This document shows positions 32,658 to 42,929 of a stretch of DNA of 64,000 nt, in pieces. The DNA lies in the NCBI GenBank assembly GCA_030158725.1, contig JAOASJ010000101.1, positions 26,101-90,100 on the forward strand, given 5' to 3'. This DNA comes from Bacteroidia bacterium (lineage in GTDB: Bacteria > Bacteroidota > Bacteroidia > NS11-12g > UBA955). The notes under the pieces were generated by a model that saw only the letters and a list, made by a program, of their open reading frames with translations, had not been told where the DNA came from and made no database searches. Each line of letters starts with the position of its first letter. Position 1 is the first letter of the stretch. A program made the translations under genes and the position numbers.

Positions 32658-35066
32658 ATGAAATATGCATTAGTTATATTAAGTATTATTTTTTCATTTG
32701 AGTTACTTGCTCAGGAAAATGCTATAGACTATATCATTCCTCAAGTTAATAACCACAAAGTATTATATCTTTCTAGTTCTGACGTTTTAGAAGGTGACAT
32801 TACAACCATTCAAACAGAATTTCAATCTCAGGAATTCAAGTACTTCTCAGAATTTAATGCTGATGGTTCGACATTATATAAATTTGTGCATTATGAAGGT
32901 TCTTTATTTTCAACAGAACAATATGCATATTTTTTAAAGTTTAATGGTAATTCTGCTCAATTATTTGGATATAGTGACTATAAATTAAAGAACAATTTAT
33001 TTTTTGATGATGTTGTTAATGAGGATTATAGTGCATTAAATAATCAAACCATTTACAAAGTTCCAAACGAAAGTTATCAAAGTCAAAATTGGTCTTTTCA
33101 AGATCCTAATACTCAAAAGCAGGTCAATGGAAGCTCTTATTATAAGACAATGAATATTGGTGATTATGAAAGAAAAATTCTTGTAGTTGAATTTACTTCT
33201 GGTTCAAAAACTAGAAAAGAATATTATTTGAAGTACTACGGATTAATTGCCATTCAAGAACCTGATAGAAAATTTTATATAAATGATTTTGATAATTTTA
33301 GTTTATACACCAAATCATTTTTAGATGATAAGGGTGAATATAAAACTAGGACTTATGCATGGGACTTAATAGAACATTTTAGAGATGTAAACATAGGTGA
33401 TTCTTTTTTTAATCTCGATGGTAAAAATAAACGAGTTTTTGAAAAATCTAAAGACTCAATTTTAGGTTTATTTGAACACATGATGCTTCGCAATCCTGAA
33501 TTACAGAACCCTTATAAGTACATGTTAAGTATAGTGCTATATTCAGGTTCTTTAAGAATTTTTGATGAAGCTGAATCTCAAAAAGTCACTGCTTATCAAT
33601 ATGAAACCATTATAGATGAATTGTATCATTATTATTTTATTAGACCATATCCAGATGCTATTTCACAATATAATTTAAGCACCTATGTTACCAATATTTC
33701 CGAATCATTCTACCAGAATTTTTGGAAGATGGATTATTGTTTTCTGAAGACCTTACCACTAAAGAATTCATTTGAACGTTCATACAAAGCATACTTGTGT
33801 AAGCCTAGGGTAGAAAGTATCTTGAAATTTGAATCCAATATTGATAATGTAAACAAATGTATACTCTTTGCGTATGTTTCTGATTATTATAAATTGCTAG
33901 AAGATGAAGGCAATGAATATTTTTATTTAGTAAAATCAGTCGAATACTATAAGTATTTATCTACAGCGGATAAGGACTTGAACATTGATTATATGCGAGC
34001 AGTAATGAGAGATTTGGCGGAATTGAAACCTAAGGATGAAGATGTGCTTAATAGAGCCATTGCTGCAACTAATGATTTAAAAGATTATTCAAATTCTGTT
34101 AGGATTGCAGAAAATGGAATCAGCCATAAACTTGGCATAGGAATTAATTTTGCTTTGCTTTATGCAGAGGCTGCATTTCAAGACGATTTAAATAAACCAT
34201 CTTTAAGAAAGGCAATGGATATTTTGTCGCCAAATTTGAATCTATTGTCTCTAGCACAATTAAATGACTATCTTAAGTTTTGTCGAGCACTTGGGTCTGA
34301 ATATGATTGCAAAAAGGCAGAATCTCTTTTATCAAAAGCAAAGAAAAAGGAACAAAGCGAAGCGAGAAAAAATTCAAATGGAAGTAATAAATCATATGGA
34401 AGTAATAATCGATCTGTTAATTTAGCACTTTTATTTAATCCATTTGCCGGAGCCAATATAACTGGTAATGGAGGTTTCCTTAAATTTCTTCCAATGTCTG
34501 CTGAATTAAGAACTGGTAAAATAGTTCATGAATTCCGTTACAATATGTTTTTTGGTGGTGACTTTAAAAATAGGTTTGTAGGTGGAAAGTTAGATAATGA
34601 GGCCGATGTCAACAATAAATGGAAAAATTTACATGGAGCCGATTACAGCTATGGAATTATTTTTGTCAAAAATGACAAAGGGTATAATGGCCAAGAATGC
34701 ACCAGTGGTGGAGGCGGACTTCAATTTTTATATGGCGCGTTTCAGTCAGACAAAGAAACAACAAATGTGACTATTAATGGAGCATATGGAACAATTAATG
34801 TGACCCCTAATATCAAAAGATACGAAGCAATCTTAAATTTTAAATACATCTATTTTGATTGGAAGTCGCATTTTTCTGCAACAATGTTCTATGGGTTCGG
34901 ATTAGGAATGAGAGAAATAACGTATAACAATAGTGTTTTTAGCGAAAGCACTTTAAAAGATAAAGATAAGACTGTTTTTGAGGACCAACGTTTCACTCAA
35001 AAGAATTGGGAAGGTGCCTACTTCACCTTAAGGTTAGGATTTAGAATAGGATTTACTATTTTTTAG
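32658..35066 (+). CDS. hypothetical secreted/outer-membrane protein (helical N-terminal part, beta-barrel-like C-terminus)
   Basis: The ATG at 32658 gives a signal peptide (MKYALVILSIIFSFELLAQ). The C-terminal ~220 aa are G/Y/N-rich with an alternating pattern and end in ...LRLGFRIGFTIF, an OMP-type terminal Phe. I recognise no family. Confidence 0.6.
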   Translation: MKYALVILSIIFSFELLAQENAIDYIIPQVNNHKVLYLSSSDVLEGDITTIQTEFQSQEFKYFSEFNADGSTLYKFVHYEGSLFSTEQYAYFLKFNGNSAQLFGYSDYKLKNNLFFDDVVNEDYSALNNQTIYKVPNESYQSQNWSFQDPNTQKQVNGSSYYKTMNIGDYERKILVVEFTSGSKTRKEYYLKYYGLIAIQEPDRKFYINDFDNFSLYTKSFLDDKGEYKTRTYAWDLIEHFRDVNIGDSFFNLDGKNKRVFEKSKDSILGLFEHMMLRNPELQNPYKYMLSIVLYSGSLRIFDEAESQKVTAYQYETIIDELYHYYFIRPYPDAISQYNLSTYVTNISESFYQNFWKMDYCFLKTLPLKNSFERSYKAYLCKPRVESILKFESNIDNVNKCILFAYVSDYYKLLEDEGNEYFYLVKSVEYYKYLSTADKDLNIDYMRAVMRDLAELKPKDEDVLNRAIAATNDLKDYSNSVRIAENGISHKLGIGINFALLYAEAAFQDDLNKPSLRKAMDILSPNLNLLSLAQLNDYLKFCRALGSEYDCKKAESLLSKAKKKEQSEARKNSNGSNKSYGSNNRSVNLALLFNPFAGANITGNGGFLKFLPMSAELRTGKIVHEFRYNMFFGGDFKNRFVGGKLDNEADVNNKWKNLHGADYSYGIIFVKNDKGYNGQECTSGGGGLQFLYGAFQSDKETTNVTINGAYGTINVTPNIKRYEAILNFKYIYFDWKSHFSATMFYGFGLGMREITYNNSVFSESTLKDKDKTVFEDQRFTQKNWEGAYFTLRLGFRIGFTIF

Positions 35067-35126
35067 ATTTTAATCCATAATTTCTTATACTCATCAGATT
35101 TTTGTGCTCAATTTGCTGAATTTTCT

Positions 35127-35134
35127 TAAATTTG
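35127..35134 (+). promoter_or_regulatory. -7 box TAAATTTG, 25 nt upstream of the M16 peptidase ATG
   Basis: Exact TAnnTTTG match. Confidence 0.55.
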
Positions 35135-35159
35135 GCATCCTTTTATTATTTTTATAGAA

Positions 35160-38084
35160 ATGAAAAACATCAGTCTGTCGTTGCTTTTATTACTCTCTTT
35201 GGGATTAAAGGCTCAGGTTAATTATGCCACTTATGGCAATAACACACACGGTAAGTATACTTACACCGTTGTTTCGGGTGACCCAACAAAATCAAGGTGG
35301 TATGTGTTGCCTAATGGTTTAACTGTCATATTATCGGTAAATAAAGACCAACCACGTGTTCAAACATTGGTTGCAACGAAAGCTGGTAGTAAGAACGATC
35401 CTTCAGACAACACTGGCTTAGCCCACTATCTAGAACATATGTTGTTTAAAGGTACCGACAAATATGGTTCTTTAGATTTTGCTAAGGAAAAAGTTTATTT
35501 AGATCAAATTGATGCACTATATGAATTGTACAACAAAACTAAAGATGACACCAAACGTCGTCAGATATACAGACAAATTGATAGTATTAGTGGCTTAGCT
35601 TCAAAATTCAGCATTGCTAATGAGTTTGATAAGATGTGTCAAGGCATAGGTGCTCAAGGCACAAATGCATTTACAAGTGTTGAACAAACGGTATATGTTA
35701 ATGATATCCCATCAAACAGAATTCACCAGTGGTTGGAAATCGAAGCGGAGCGTTATAGAAATCCAATTTTGAGATTATTCCACACCGAATTAGAAGCAGT
35801 ATATGAAGAGAAAAATATTTCTTTAGATAATGATGGTGAAGAAGCATTCGAAAAATTATATGCAAGTTTGTTCCGTACCCATCCTTATGGTACCCAAACA
35901 ACAATTGGTACAGTTGAACATTTGAAAAATCCTTCTTTAATTAAAATTAGAAATTATTTTAACACCTATTATGTGCCAAATAATATGGCCATAATCATGG
36001 TCGGTGATTTTAACCCAGAAGATGTAATTGAAATGATAGATAAGCATTTTAGTTATATGCAATCTAAGCCAGTTCCAGCTTTTACTTTTAAACCTGAATT
36101 TCCAAGAGGTAGACCTGATAGCATAAGTGTTGTTGGTCCAGATGCAGCCAATATCATGATGGGATGGCGTTTTGACGGTGTTTCATCTAAGCAAGCTACA
36201 ATGGTAAGGTTGGTAGATTTGATTTTAAGCAATAGCAAAGCAGGTTTGATAGATTTGAATTTGGTAAAAGATCAAAAAGTTCTATCTGCAAGTTCTTCAC
36301 CTGATTTCATGAAAGACTATAGCGTTCATATTTTTACAGGAAAACCAAAAGAAGGTCAATCTTTGGAAGAGGTTAGGAATTTATTATTAGCACAAATAGA
36401 AAAGATTAAAAAGGGTGAATTTGACGAGGAATTATTAAAAGGCATTATTGCCAATAATATGGTTGAAGACATAAATAAATTTGATAATAATGACGGGGTT
36501 GCATATTCATTATTAGATGCTTTTGTAACAGAAAGAAAATGGAGAGATGTGCTTAATATCAATTTTGAAATGAGCCGAATCACCAAAAAAGAAATTATAG
36601 ATTTTGTAAATGAATATTATACCAATGGGTATTCTATTGTATACAAAAGAACTGGTGAAGATACCAAACAGGATAAAATTGAAAAACCAAGTATAACTGA
36701 GGTTGAATTAAATAGAGATAAATCATCTCAATTTGTAATTGATATACTAGAGGAAGAAACCGATAGCATTCATCCTATGTATTTGAATTTTGATAAAGAT
36801 ATCGATAGAGGAAAAGTAGGTAAAGCTGATCTTTTATATAAATTGAACGATAAAAATCAATTGTTCACTTTGTATTATGTTGTTGATATGGGTAAATTAA
36901 ACAACAAAAAATTACCATTTGCTTTAGAGTATTTACAATACTTAGGAACAGATAAGTTTACAGCGTCAGAATTGAGTATGAAATTTTATAAACTTGCTTG
37001 TAACTTTGGTATTTCAACAGGAGAAAAAAGAAGTTATGTTTATTTAAATGGACCTCAGCAGAATTTTAATGAAGCCTTGGCTTTATTTGAAGACCTATTA
37101 ATGAATGCAAAACCAGATGCTTCTGCACTTAAGGATTATGTTGGTAGAATTTTGAAATCTAGAAGTGATGCTAAATTAAACAAGCGCTCTGTATCATCTG
37201 CTTTAAGCACTTATGCTTTATATGGTAAAGTTAATCCTAGAACCTACACACTAAGTAATGCTGAATTAAATGCAATGACTGCTTCAGAACTTGTAGCTTT
37301 AATTAAGAACCTTTGCACGCATAAGCATCAAATCATGTACTTTGGACCTGAATCAAAAAGTACTATTGAAACAACATTGATTGCAAAGCATAAAATGCCT
37401 GCAGAATTTATTGCTACACCAATAGCATATGAATTTAAGCCATTGACCTTTACTAATAATACTGTTTTCTTCACTCATTTTGAAATGGTTCAGGCTGAGA
37501 TTAATTGGAGATCTGGTGCTCAAGTATTCGACATCAATAAAATGCCAAGTATTCGCGCATTTAATGAGTATTTTGGTGGTGGAATGAGCAGTGTTGTATT
37601 CCAAGAAATAAGAGAATCAAGAGCATTGGCTTATTCTACATATTCTGTATACAGTCAAGCTTCTGAGAAAGGTAAATTTGACGTTGCACTTGCTTATGTT
37701 GGAACTCAAGCGGATAAATTGAACGATGCCATCACAGCAATGAACGAGTTGTTAAATAATATGCCTACTAATGAAGAAAGTTTCAATCAGGCAAAACAAT
37801 CTATTTTAAGCAGTATTGAGGCAGAGAGAATTATCAAAGGGGATGTGTTCTTTTCATACTTAGGTGCCTTAGATATGGGAATCAATTATGATTATAGAAA
37901 AATGCTTTATGAAGCAATTCAGAAAATTACATTTAATGATGTAAAAGCATTTCAAGAGCAAAATATCAAAGGTAGAAAATGGGCGATAGCAATAGTTGGA
38001 TCTAAAGACAAGATTAAAGAATCAGATTTGAAAAAATATGGTGAATTAAAACTTGTTACTTTAGAAGAGATATTTGGATATTAA
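35160..38084 (+). CDS. M16 family (insulinase/pitrilysin-like) zinc peptidase
   Basis: 974 aa with a signal peptide, the inverted zinc motif HYLEHMLFKGT (HxxEH), and a duplicated M16 architecture. Confidence 0.9.
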   Translation: MKNISLSLLLLLSLGLKAQVNYATYGNNTHGKYTYTVVSGDPTKSRWYVLPNGLTVILSVNKDQPRVQTLVATKAGSKNDPSDNTGLAHYLEHMLFKGTDKYGSLDFAKEKVYLDQIDALYELYNKTKDDTKRRQIYRQIDSISGLASKFSIANEFDKMCQGIGAQGTNAFTSVEQTVYVNDIPSNRIHQWLEIEAERYRNPILRLFHTELEAVYEEKNISLDNDGEEAFEKLYASLFRTHPYGTQTTIGTVEHLKNPSLIKIRNYFNTYYVPNNMAIIMVGDFNPEDVIEMIDKHFSYMQSKPVPAFTFKPEFPRGRPDSISVVGPDAANIMMGWRFDGVSSKQATMVRLVDLILSNSKAGLIDLNLVKDQKVLSASSSPDFMKDYSVHIFTGKPKEGQSLEEVRNLLLAQIEKIKKGEFDEELLKGIIANNMVEDINKFDNNDGVAYSLLDAFVTERKWRDVLNINFEMSRITKKEIIDFVNEYYTNGYSIVYKRTGEDTKQDKIEKPSITEVELNRDKSSQFVIDILEEETDSIHPMYLNFDKDIDRGKVGKADLLYKLNDKNQLFTLYYVVDMGKLNNKKLPFALEYLQYLGTDKFTASELSMKFYKLACNFGISTGEKRSYVYLNGPQQNFNEALALFEDLLMNAKPDASALKDYVGRILKSRSDAKLNKRSVSSALSTYALYGKVNPRTYTLSNAELNAMTASELVALIKNLCTHKHQIMYFGPESKSTIETTLIAKHKMPAEFIATPIAYEFKPLTFTNNTVFFTHFEMVQAEINWRSGAQVFDINKMPSIRAFNEYFGGGMSSVVFQEIRESRALAYSTYSVYSQASEKGKFDVALAYVGTQADKLNDAITAMNELLNNMPTNEESFNQAKQSILSSIEAERIIKGDVFFSYLGALDMGINYDYRKMLYEAIQKITFNDVKAFQEQNIKGRKWAIAIVGSKDKIKESDLKKYGELKLVTLEEIFGY

Positions 38085-38101
38085 TATCGAAAATGTATAA
38101 C

Positions 38102-38134
38102 AAAAAAGGCTATCCATTTGGATAGCCTTTTTTT
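38102..38134. terminator. bidirectional hairpin terminator after the M16 peptidase gene
   Basis: 14-bp stem AAAAAAGGCTATCC / GGATAGCCTTTTTT with an ATTT loop. It lies between convergent stops at 38084 and 38156. Confidence 0.85.
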
Positions 38135-38155
38135 ATTTTTAAAATGGGAAATGTT

Positions 38156-38581
38156 TTACAATCTTCCCCAAGGAATTCCAGCCAGAATTAACAATAAGGC
38201 TATACCAAAGAATATAAGACTTGTCTTTTTAACTTTTGCAGCAGTATCTGAATTTTTCACTTTACTATATCCTATGTGAACAAGAGTTATTGCAGCAAGC
38301 ATTAAAATGAAATGCTCTACAGCAATTTTTCTTAAAAATCCTGTTTTCATAACATGACCCATGCCTTCAGAGAAAGCTTTAAGTCCAAATGGACTATCTC
38401 CAAAATACAACATCAAACCAACGAGCAATTGAATGTCACAAAAAATCATAAATACCAAACCTGGTAGTTTACTTGATTTGCTTATTGAATTGTTTAACAA
38501 AGGAATGAGAATTGCCAATATTCCGGCAACCAATACCAACCAACGGGTATGAGAATGTGTGCTAACTAATAATGAGTACAT
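38156..38581 (-). CDS. hypothetical membrane protein (4 TM)
   Basis: 141 aa with four hydrophobic segments. It has its own -7 box 17 nt upstream, and a terminator hairpin lies just downstream of its stop. I recognise no family. Confidence 0.55.
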   Translation of the reverse strand: MYSLLVSTHSHTRWLVLVAGILAILIPLLNNSISKSSKLPGLVFMIFCDIQLLVGLMLYFGDSPFGLKAFSEGMGHVMKTGFLRKIAVEHFILMLAAITLVHIGYSKVKNSDTAAKVKKTSLIFFGIALLLILAGIPWGRL

Positions 38582-38598
38582 AAATTGATTTTGAATTA

Positions 38599-38606
38599 CA
38601 AAAGTA
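38599..38606 (-). promoter_or_regulatory. -7 box TACTTTTG, 17 nt upstream of the ATG at 38581
   Basis: Exact TAnnTTTG match. Confidence 0.55.
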
Positions 38607-38645
38607 ATTTAAAGCACTTAATAGAAAAGACTTTTTTTAATTGAA

Positions 38646-40400
38646 TTATTTAATTGACTGGCTAATAATGGAATGGATCTGTTCAATAATTTTTATCTTA
38701 CTTAATCCTTCATTTTGATTGAGAATTTCCATACTTCCATGGCCAACAAAATGATCTTTAATTGATATCGAATGAATTTTAGCCTTGCAATTTGTCTTAG
38801 AAGCCTCTAACATAATTGTGCTTGCAACTCCACCTATTCCTTGTCCTTCTTCTACAACGATAATATCGTTATATTGATTAAAAACCTTATTTAAAAAGTC
38901 AATATTTAAAGGTTTTACAAAACGTAAATCGTAATGAGAAATATTCAATTCATCTGCAACTTCAATGCATCTAGTGCCGATTGTACCAATGCTTATTAGG
39001 GCTGTATTGTGGCTGTTCTCATTTAAAATTACAGAACTTCCAATTTCTAATTTTTCAAATGGACTTTCAATAAAAGCTTCATCTGCTTCACCTCTTGGAT
39101 AGCGAATGATTATTGGCCCATTTTTGTATAATGAAGCTGTGTAAATTGCATTTCTTAATTCAATTTGATTTCTTGGTGAAATTATACACAAATTAGGTAT
39201 TGTTTGTAAGAATGCTAAATCAAATACACCATGATGCGTTGGACCATCTTCACCAACCAAGCCAGCTCTATCAATTGCAAAAATTACTGGCAAATTTTGC
39301 AAGGCAACATCATGAATTAATTGGTCATAACCCCTTTGTAAAAATGTTGAATACAAACAACAAAATACCGTCATACCTGATGCCACCAAACCTGCTGAAA
39401 ATGTAATGGCATGTTGCTCTGCAATACCAACATCAAAAACTCTGTTAGGGAATTTTTCTTGCATAAAATGCAATGAACTTCCTGAAATCATTGCTGGTGT
39501 AACGGCGACAATATTTTGATCTTCTTGAGCCAATTCTAACAACGTTTTCCCAAAAATATCCTGATATTTAACTCGAAAATCTTTTGGTTTGGTGTTTTTC
39601 CCTGATAATTTATCGAACTTAGAAGTACTGTGCCACTTAGTTTGCTCTAATTCTGCTGGCTCATATCCTTTGCCTTTTAAAGTTTTTATATGAATTATCT
39701 TTGGTCCTGCAATGGATTTACTGGATTCCAAAACCGCAAGCAAATCATTTAAATTGTGACCATCTATTGGTCCAAAATATTGAAAACCTAAATCAGTAAA
39801 AAAGTTCTCCTTTTTGAATTCCAGTTGTTCAAGATATTCTCCAAGAGCACCTTGACTTGGGTCAATTCCAATATGATTGTCATTAATGATAATGCAAATA
39901 TTACAATTAGATGTTCCTGCGTTATTTAATGCCTCAAAAGCCTGCCCTGCACTTAATGCACCATCACCAATAACGGCAATGTGTTGTCTACTTATATTTT
40001 TTAGAATAGCTGCTTGAGCATAACCTAAAGCTGCAGAAATAGAAGTGGAAGAATGCGCTGTGCCAAATGGATCAAATATACTTTCGGACATTTTAGGAAA
40101 TCCACTAATGCCATCATATTGCCTTAAGGTGTGAAAATTAGATTTTCTTTTAGTCAATATTTTATGAGCATATGCTTGGTGACCTACATCCCAAATTAAT
40201 ATGTCTTTTGGGGTATCAAATACTCTGTGAAGCGCTACGCTTAATTCAATAACTCCAAGATTGGCGGCAAAATGTCCACCGTATTCAGCAATCTGTTCAA
40301 TTAGATAATTTCTAAGCCAATTTGAATATTCATTTAGAACATTTAATGGCAGTTCTTTTAGTTGTTGAGGACTATCTATTTCTTCAAAGCTTTGAATCAC
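38646..40400 (-). CDS. dxs: 1-deoxy-D-xylulose-5-phosphate synthase
   Basis: Motifs GGHFAANLG, IWDVGHQAYAHKILT and GDGALSAGQAFEALN, plus a transketolase-like C-terminal half. I prefer the GTG at 40400 (M)IQSFEEIDSPQQLKELP, which matches usual Dxs N-termini. The -7 box TATTTTTG (40405..40412) lies inside the longer track ORF that reaches 40481. Confidence 0.93.
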   Translation of the reverse strand: MIQSFEEIDSPQQLKELPLNVLNEYSNWLRNYLIEQIAEYGGHFAANLGVIELSVALHRVFDTPKDILIWDVGHQAYAHKILTKRKSNFHTLRQYDGISGFPKMSESIFDPFGTAHSSTSISAALGYAQAAILKNISRQHIAVIGDGALSAGQAFEALNNAGTSNCNICIIINDNHIGIDPSQGALGEYLEQLEFKKENFFTDLGFQYFGPIDGHNLNDLLAVLESSKSIAGPKIIHIKTLKGKGYEPAELEQTKWHSTSKFDKLSGKNTKPKDFRVKYQDIFGKTLLELAQEDQNIVAVTPAMISGSSLHFMQEKFPNRVFDVGIAEQHAITFSAGLVASGMTVFCCLYSTFLQRGYDQLIHDVALQNLPVIFAIDRAGLVGEDGPTHHGVFDLAFLQTIPNLCIISPRNQIELRNAIYTASLYKNGPIIIRYPRGEADEAFIESPFEKLEIGSSVILNENSHNTALISIGTIGTRCIEVADELNISHYDLRFVKPLNIDFLNKVFNQYNDIIVVEEGQGIGGVASTIMLEASKTNCKAKIHSISIKDHFVGHGSMEILNQNEGLSKIKIIEQIHSIISQSIK

Positions 40401-40404
40401 CTTG

Positions 40405-40412
40405 CAAAAATA
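40405..40412 (-). promoter_or_regulatory. -7 box TATTTTTG, 4 nt upstream of the proposed dxs GTG
   Basis: Exact TAnnTTTG match located inside the longest dxs ORF. Confidence 0.5.
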
Positions 40413-40515
40413 GGTAAAATGGGGGTTTTTATTAAATTTCTCGACTATTCTTGATATAACTTTAGGGCCCATAATTACCAAACAAATTCCTTTTTGTCAA
40501 ATATCCGATAAATTG

Positions 40516-40523
40516 TACTTTTG
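40516..40523 (+). promoter_or_regulatory. -7 box TACTTTTG, 4 nt upstream of the E1 dehydrogenase ATG at 40528
   Basis: Exact TAnnTTTG match. Confidence 0.5.
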
Positions 40524-40527
40524 CACT

Positions 40528-42924
40528 ATGTCACCAACTATGGCACAAGACAAACAGAACATGGATTTTGAAGCTTTTAAAGCTGAGGTATTAAGCGATT
40601 ATAAACTGGTTTATGAAAGCCGCCAAGCAAGTTTATTGGGCAGAAAAGAAGTATTAACTGGAAAGGCCAAGTTTGGTATTTTCGGTGATGGCAAAGAAGT
40701 TGCCCAAATTGCAATGGCTAAGGCATTCAAAAAGGGTGATACAAGAAGTGGATATTACCGTGATCAAACTTTTATGTTTGCTACGGGTATGAATACCATT
40801 CAACAGTTTTTTGCTCAATTGTATGCCCACACTGATGTTGATGCTGAACCAAATAGCGCTGGAAGAAGTATGAACGGCCATTTTGGATCAAGACAATTAG
40901 ACGACAATGGCAATTGGCTTCCACAAACAGACCGTTTCAATTCATCGTCAGATATTTCTCCAACTGCTGGACAAATGCCTAGATTATTGGGATTGGCACT
41001 AGCTTCAAAATTATATAGACAAAATCCTGACTTACATTCTTTCACTGATTTTTCACAACAAGGCAATGAAGTTGCTTTTGGTACTATTGGAAATGCAAGT
41101 ACAAGCGAAGGCGGATTTTGGGAAGTAATAAATGCAGCCGGCGTTTTACAAGTGCCTATGGCAATGAGTGTATGGGATGATGGATATGGAATTTCCGTTC
41201 CTGCAAAATACCAAACCACTAAAGAAAATATAAGCACTTTATTAAAAGGTTTCCATAGTGGTGCAGATGGATTAGGTGTCGATATTTACAATGCTAAGGG
41301 TTGGGATTATCCTGAATTGTGTAAAGTATACCAAGATGCAATTGAGCATTGCAGAACTTTACATAGACCAGTTTTAATTCATATCAATGAAGTTACTCAG
41401 CCACAAGGACACAGTACTTCAGGTTCACATGAAAGATATAAATCAAAAGAAAGATTACAATGGGAATTGGATTTTGATTGTATTAAAAAAATGCGTGAAT
41501 GGATTGAAGAAAATAAATTAGCAAGCAGCGCAGAATTAGATAAAATTGAGAACGAGGCAATCGAATATGTAAATACATGTAAGAAGAATGCTTGGGAAGC
41601 TTTCTTAGCACCTATGAAGAAAGATTTAGCTGATGTATTAGAACTGCTTTCTAAAATCTCAGATCCTTCAGCTGAAGAAGCAATAAAAACGTTAAAATCC
41701 ACAAAAGATGCCATTAGAAAGGATATAGGAATGGCTATTCAAAAGGTGCTTATTGCTACGATTTCAAATCATGTAGATGGCAGAGCTCAATTGAAAGATT
41801 ATTACGATGTATTTATAAAAGACAACTATGATAGATATTCATCTCATTTGCATAGTGCATCAAATGCCCGTGTTGAATCAATTCCTGAAATTAAAGCTGA
41901 ATATGCTGATGATAAATTAGTTGATGGTAGAGAGGTCGTTCTTGCTTGTTTTGATGCTGCTTTAGAACGCGATCCTAGAGTATTTGCATTTGGTGAAGAT
42001 GTAGGAACTATTGGTGATGTGAATCAAGGATTTGCAGGAATGCAAGAGAAGTACGGAGAAATTAGAGTTTCAGATACAGGGATTCGTGAATTAAGTATAA
42101 TTGGACAGGGAATTGGAACTTCATTAAGAGGTCTAAGACCTATTGCAGAAATACAGTATTTGGATTATTTGTTATATGCGCTTCAAATTATGAGCGATGA
42201 TATAGCAACCTTACAATACAGAACAAAAGGTGGTCAGAAAGCACCAATCATTATAAGAACTCGTGGTCATAGACTAGAAGGTATTTGGCATAGTGGTTCA
42301 CCAATGGGAATGATTATTCATGCTGTAAGAGGCATGCATGTTTGTGTTCCAAGAAATATGACTCAAGCTGCAGGTATGTATAATTTGCTTTTAAAAGCAG
42401 ATGAACCAGCACTTGTTATTGAATGTCTGAATGGCTATAGATTGAAAGAAAAAATGCCAAGTAATATTGGTGATTTTACTGTTCCATTAGGTGTTCCAGA
42501 AATCTTAAGTTCAGGTAATGATGTAACTATCGTTGGATATGGAAGTACGCTTCGTGTTATTCAAGATGCCATTAAAAAATTAGAAGAACAAGGCATAAGC
42601 TGCGAACTAATTGATGTTCAGACTTTATTGCCTTTTGATACCAATCATATAATTGTTGAATCAATTAAGAAAACCAACAAGGTTGTATTTATTGATGAGG
42701 ATGTTCCAGGGGGAGCTACTTCATATATGATGCAAAAAGTATTGGAAGAGCAAAATGCATATCTATACTTGGATGCTAAACCTTTGACAATAACTTCTAA
42801 GGCACATAGACCTGCATATGGAACTGATGGAGATTATTTCTCTAAACCTAATGCAGAAGAGATTTTTATTCGTATTTATGAGTTGATGAACGAATACAAT
42901 CCTAATAAATATCCTAACTTTTAA
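40528..42924 (+). CDS. 2-oxoacid dehydrogenase E1 component, fused alpha/beta subunits (TPP-dependent)
   Basis: About 798 aa. The N-terminal half is E1-alpha-like with a TPP-binding region, and the C-terminal half is E1-beta/transketolase-pyrimidine-binding-like (FGEDVG..GDVNQGF, GIRELSIIGQGIG). I prefer the ATG at 40528 because the track's TTG at 40513 overlaps the -7 box. Confidence 0.88.
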   Translation: MSPTMAQDKQNMDFEAFKAEVLSDYKLVYESRQASLLGRKEVLTGKAKFGIFGDGKEVAQIAMAKAFKKGDTRSGYYRDQTFMFATGMNTIQQFFAQLYAHTDVDAEPNSAGRSMNGHFGSRQLDDNGNWLPQTDRFNSSSDISPTAGQMPRLLGLALASKLYRQNPDLHSFTDFSQQGNEVAFGTIGNASTSEGGFWEVINAAGVLQVPMAMSVWDDGYGISVPAKYQTTKENISTLLKGFHSGADGLGVDIYNAKGWDYPELCKVYQDAIEHCRTLHRPVLIHINEVTQPQGHSTSGSHERYKSKERLQWELDFDCIKKMREWIEENKLASSAELDKIENEAIEYVNTCKKNAWEAFLAPMKKDLADVLELLSKISDPSAEEAIKTLKSTKDAIRKDIGMAIQKVLIATISNHVDGRAQLKDYYDVFIKDNYDRYSSHLHSASNARVESIPEIKAEYADDKLVDGREVVLACFDAALERDPRVFAFGEDVGTIGDVNQGFAGMQEKYGEIRVSDTGIRELSIIGQGIGTSLRGLRPIAEIQYLDYLLYALQIMSDDIATLQYRTKGGQKAPIIIRTRGHRLEGIWHSGSPMGMIIHAVRGMHVCVPRNMTQAAGMYNLLLKADEPALVIECLNGYRLKEKMPSNIGDFTVPLGVPEILSSGNDVTIVGYGSTLRVIQDAIKKLEEQGISCELIDVQTLLPFDTNHIIVESIKKTNKVVFIDEDVPGGATSYMMQKVLEEQNAYLYLDAKPLTITSKAHRPAYGTDGDYFSKPNAEEIFIRIYELMNEYNPNKYPNF

Positions 42925-42929
42925 TTAAG

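Noticed and set aside
40654-41714. Minus-strand ORFs of 75, 140 and 105 aa inside the E1 dehydrogenase gene
   Set aside because: These are shadow ORFs opposite a well-supported 798-aa gene, with low-complexity composition.
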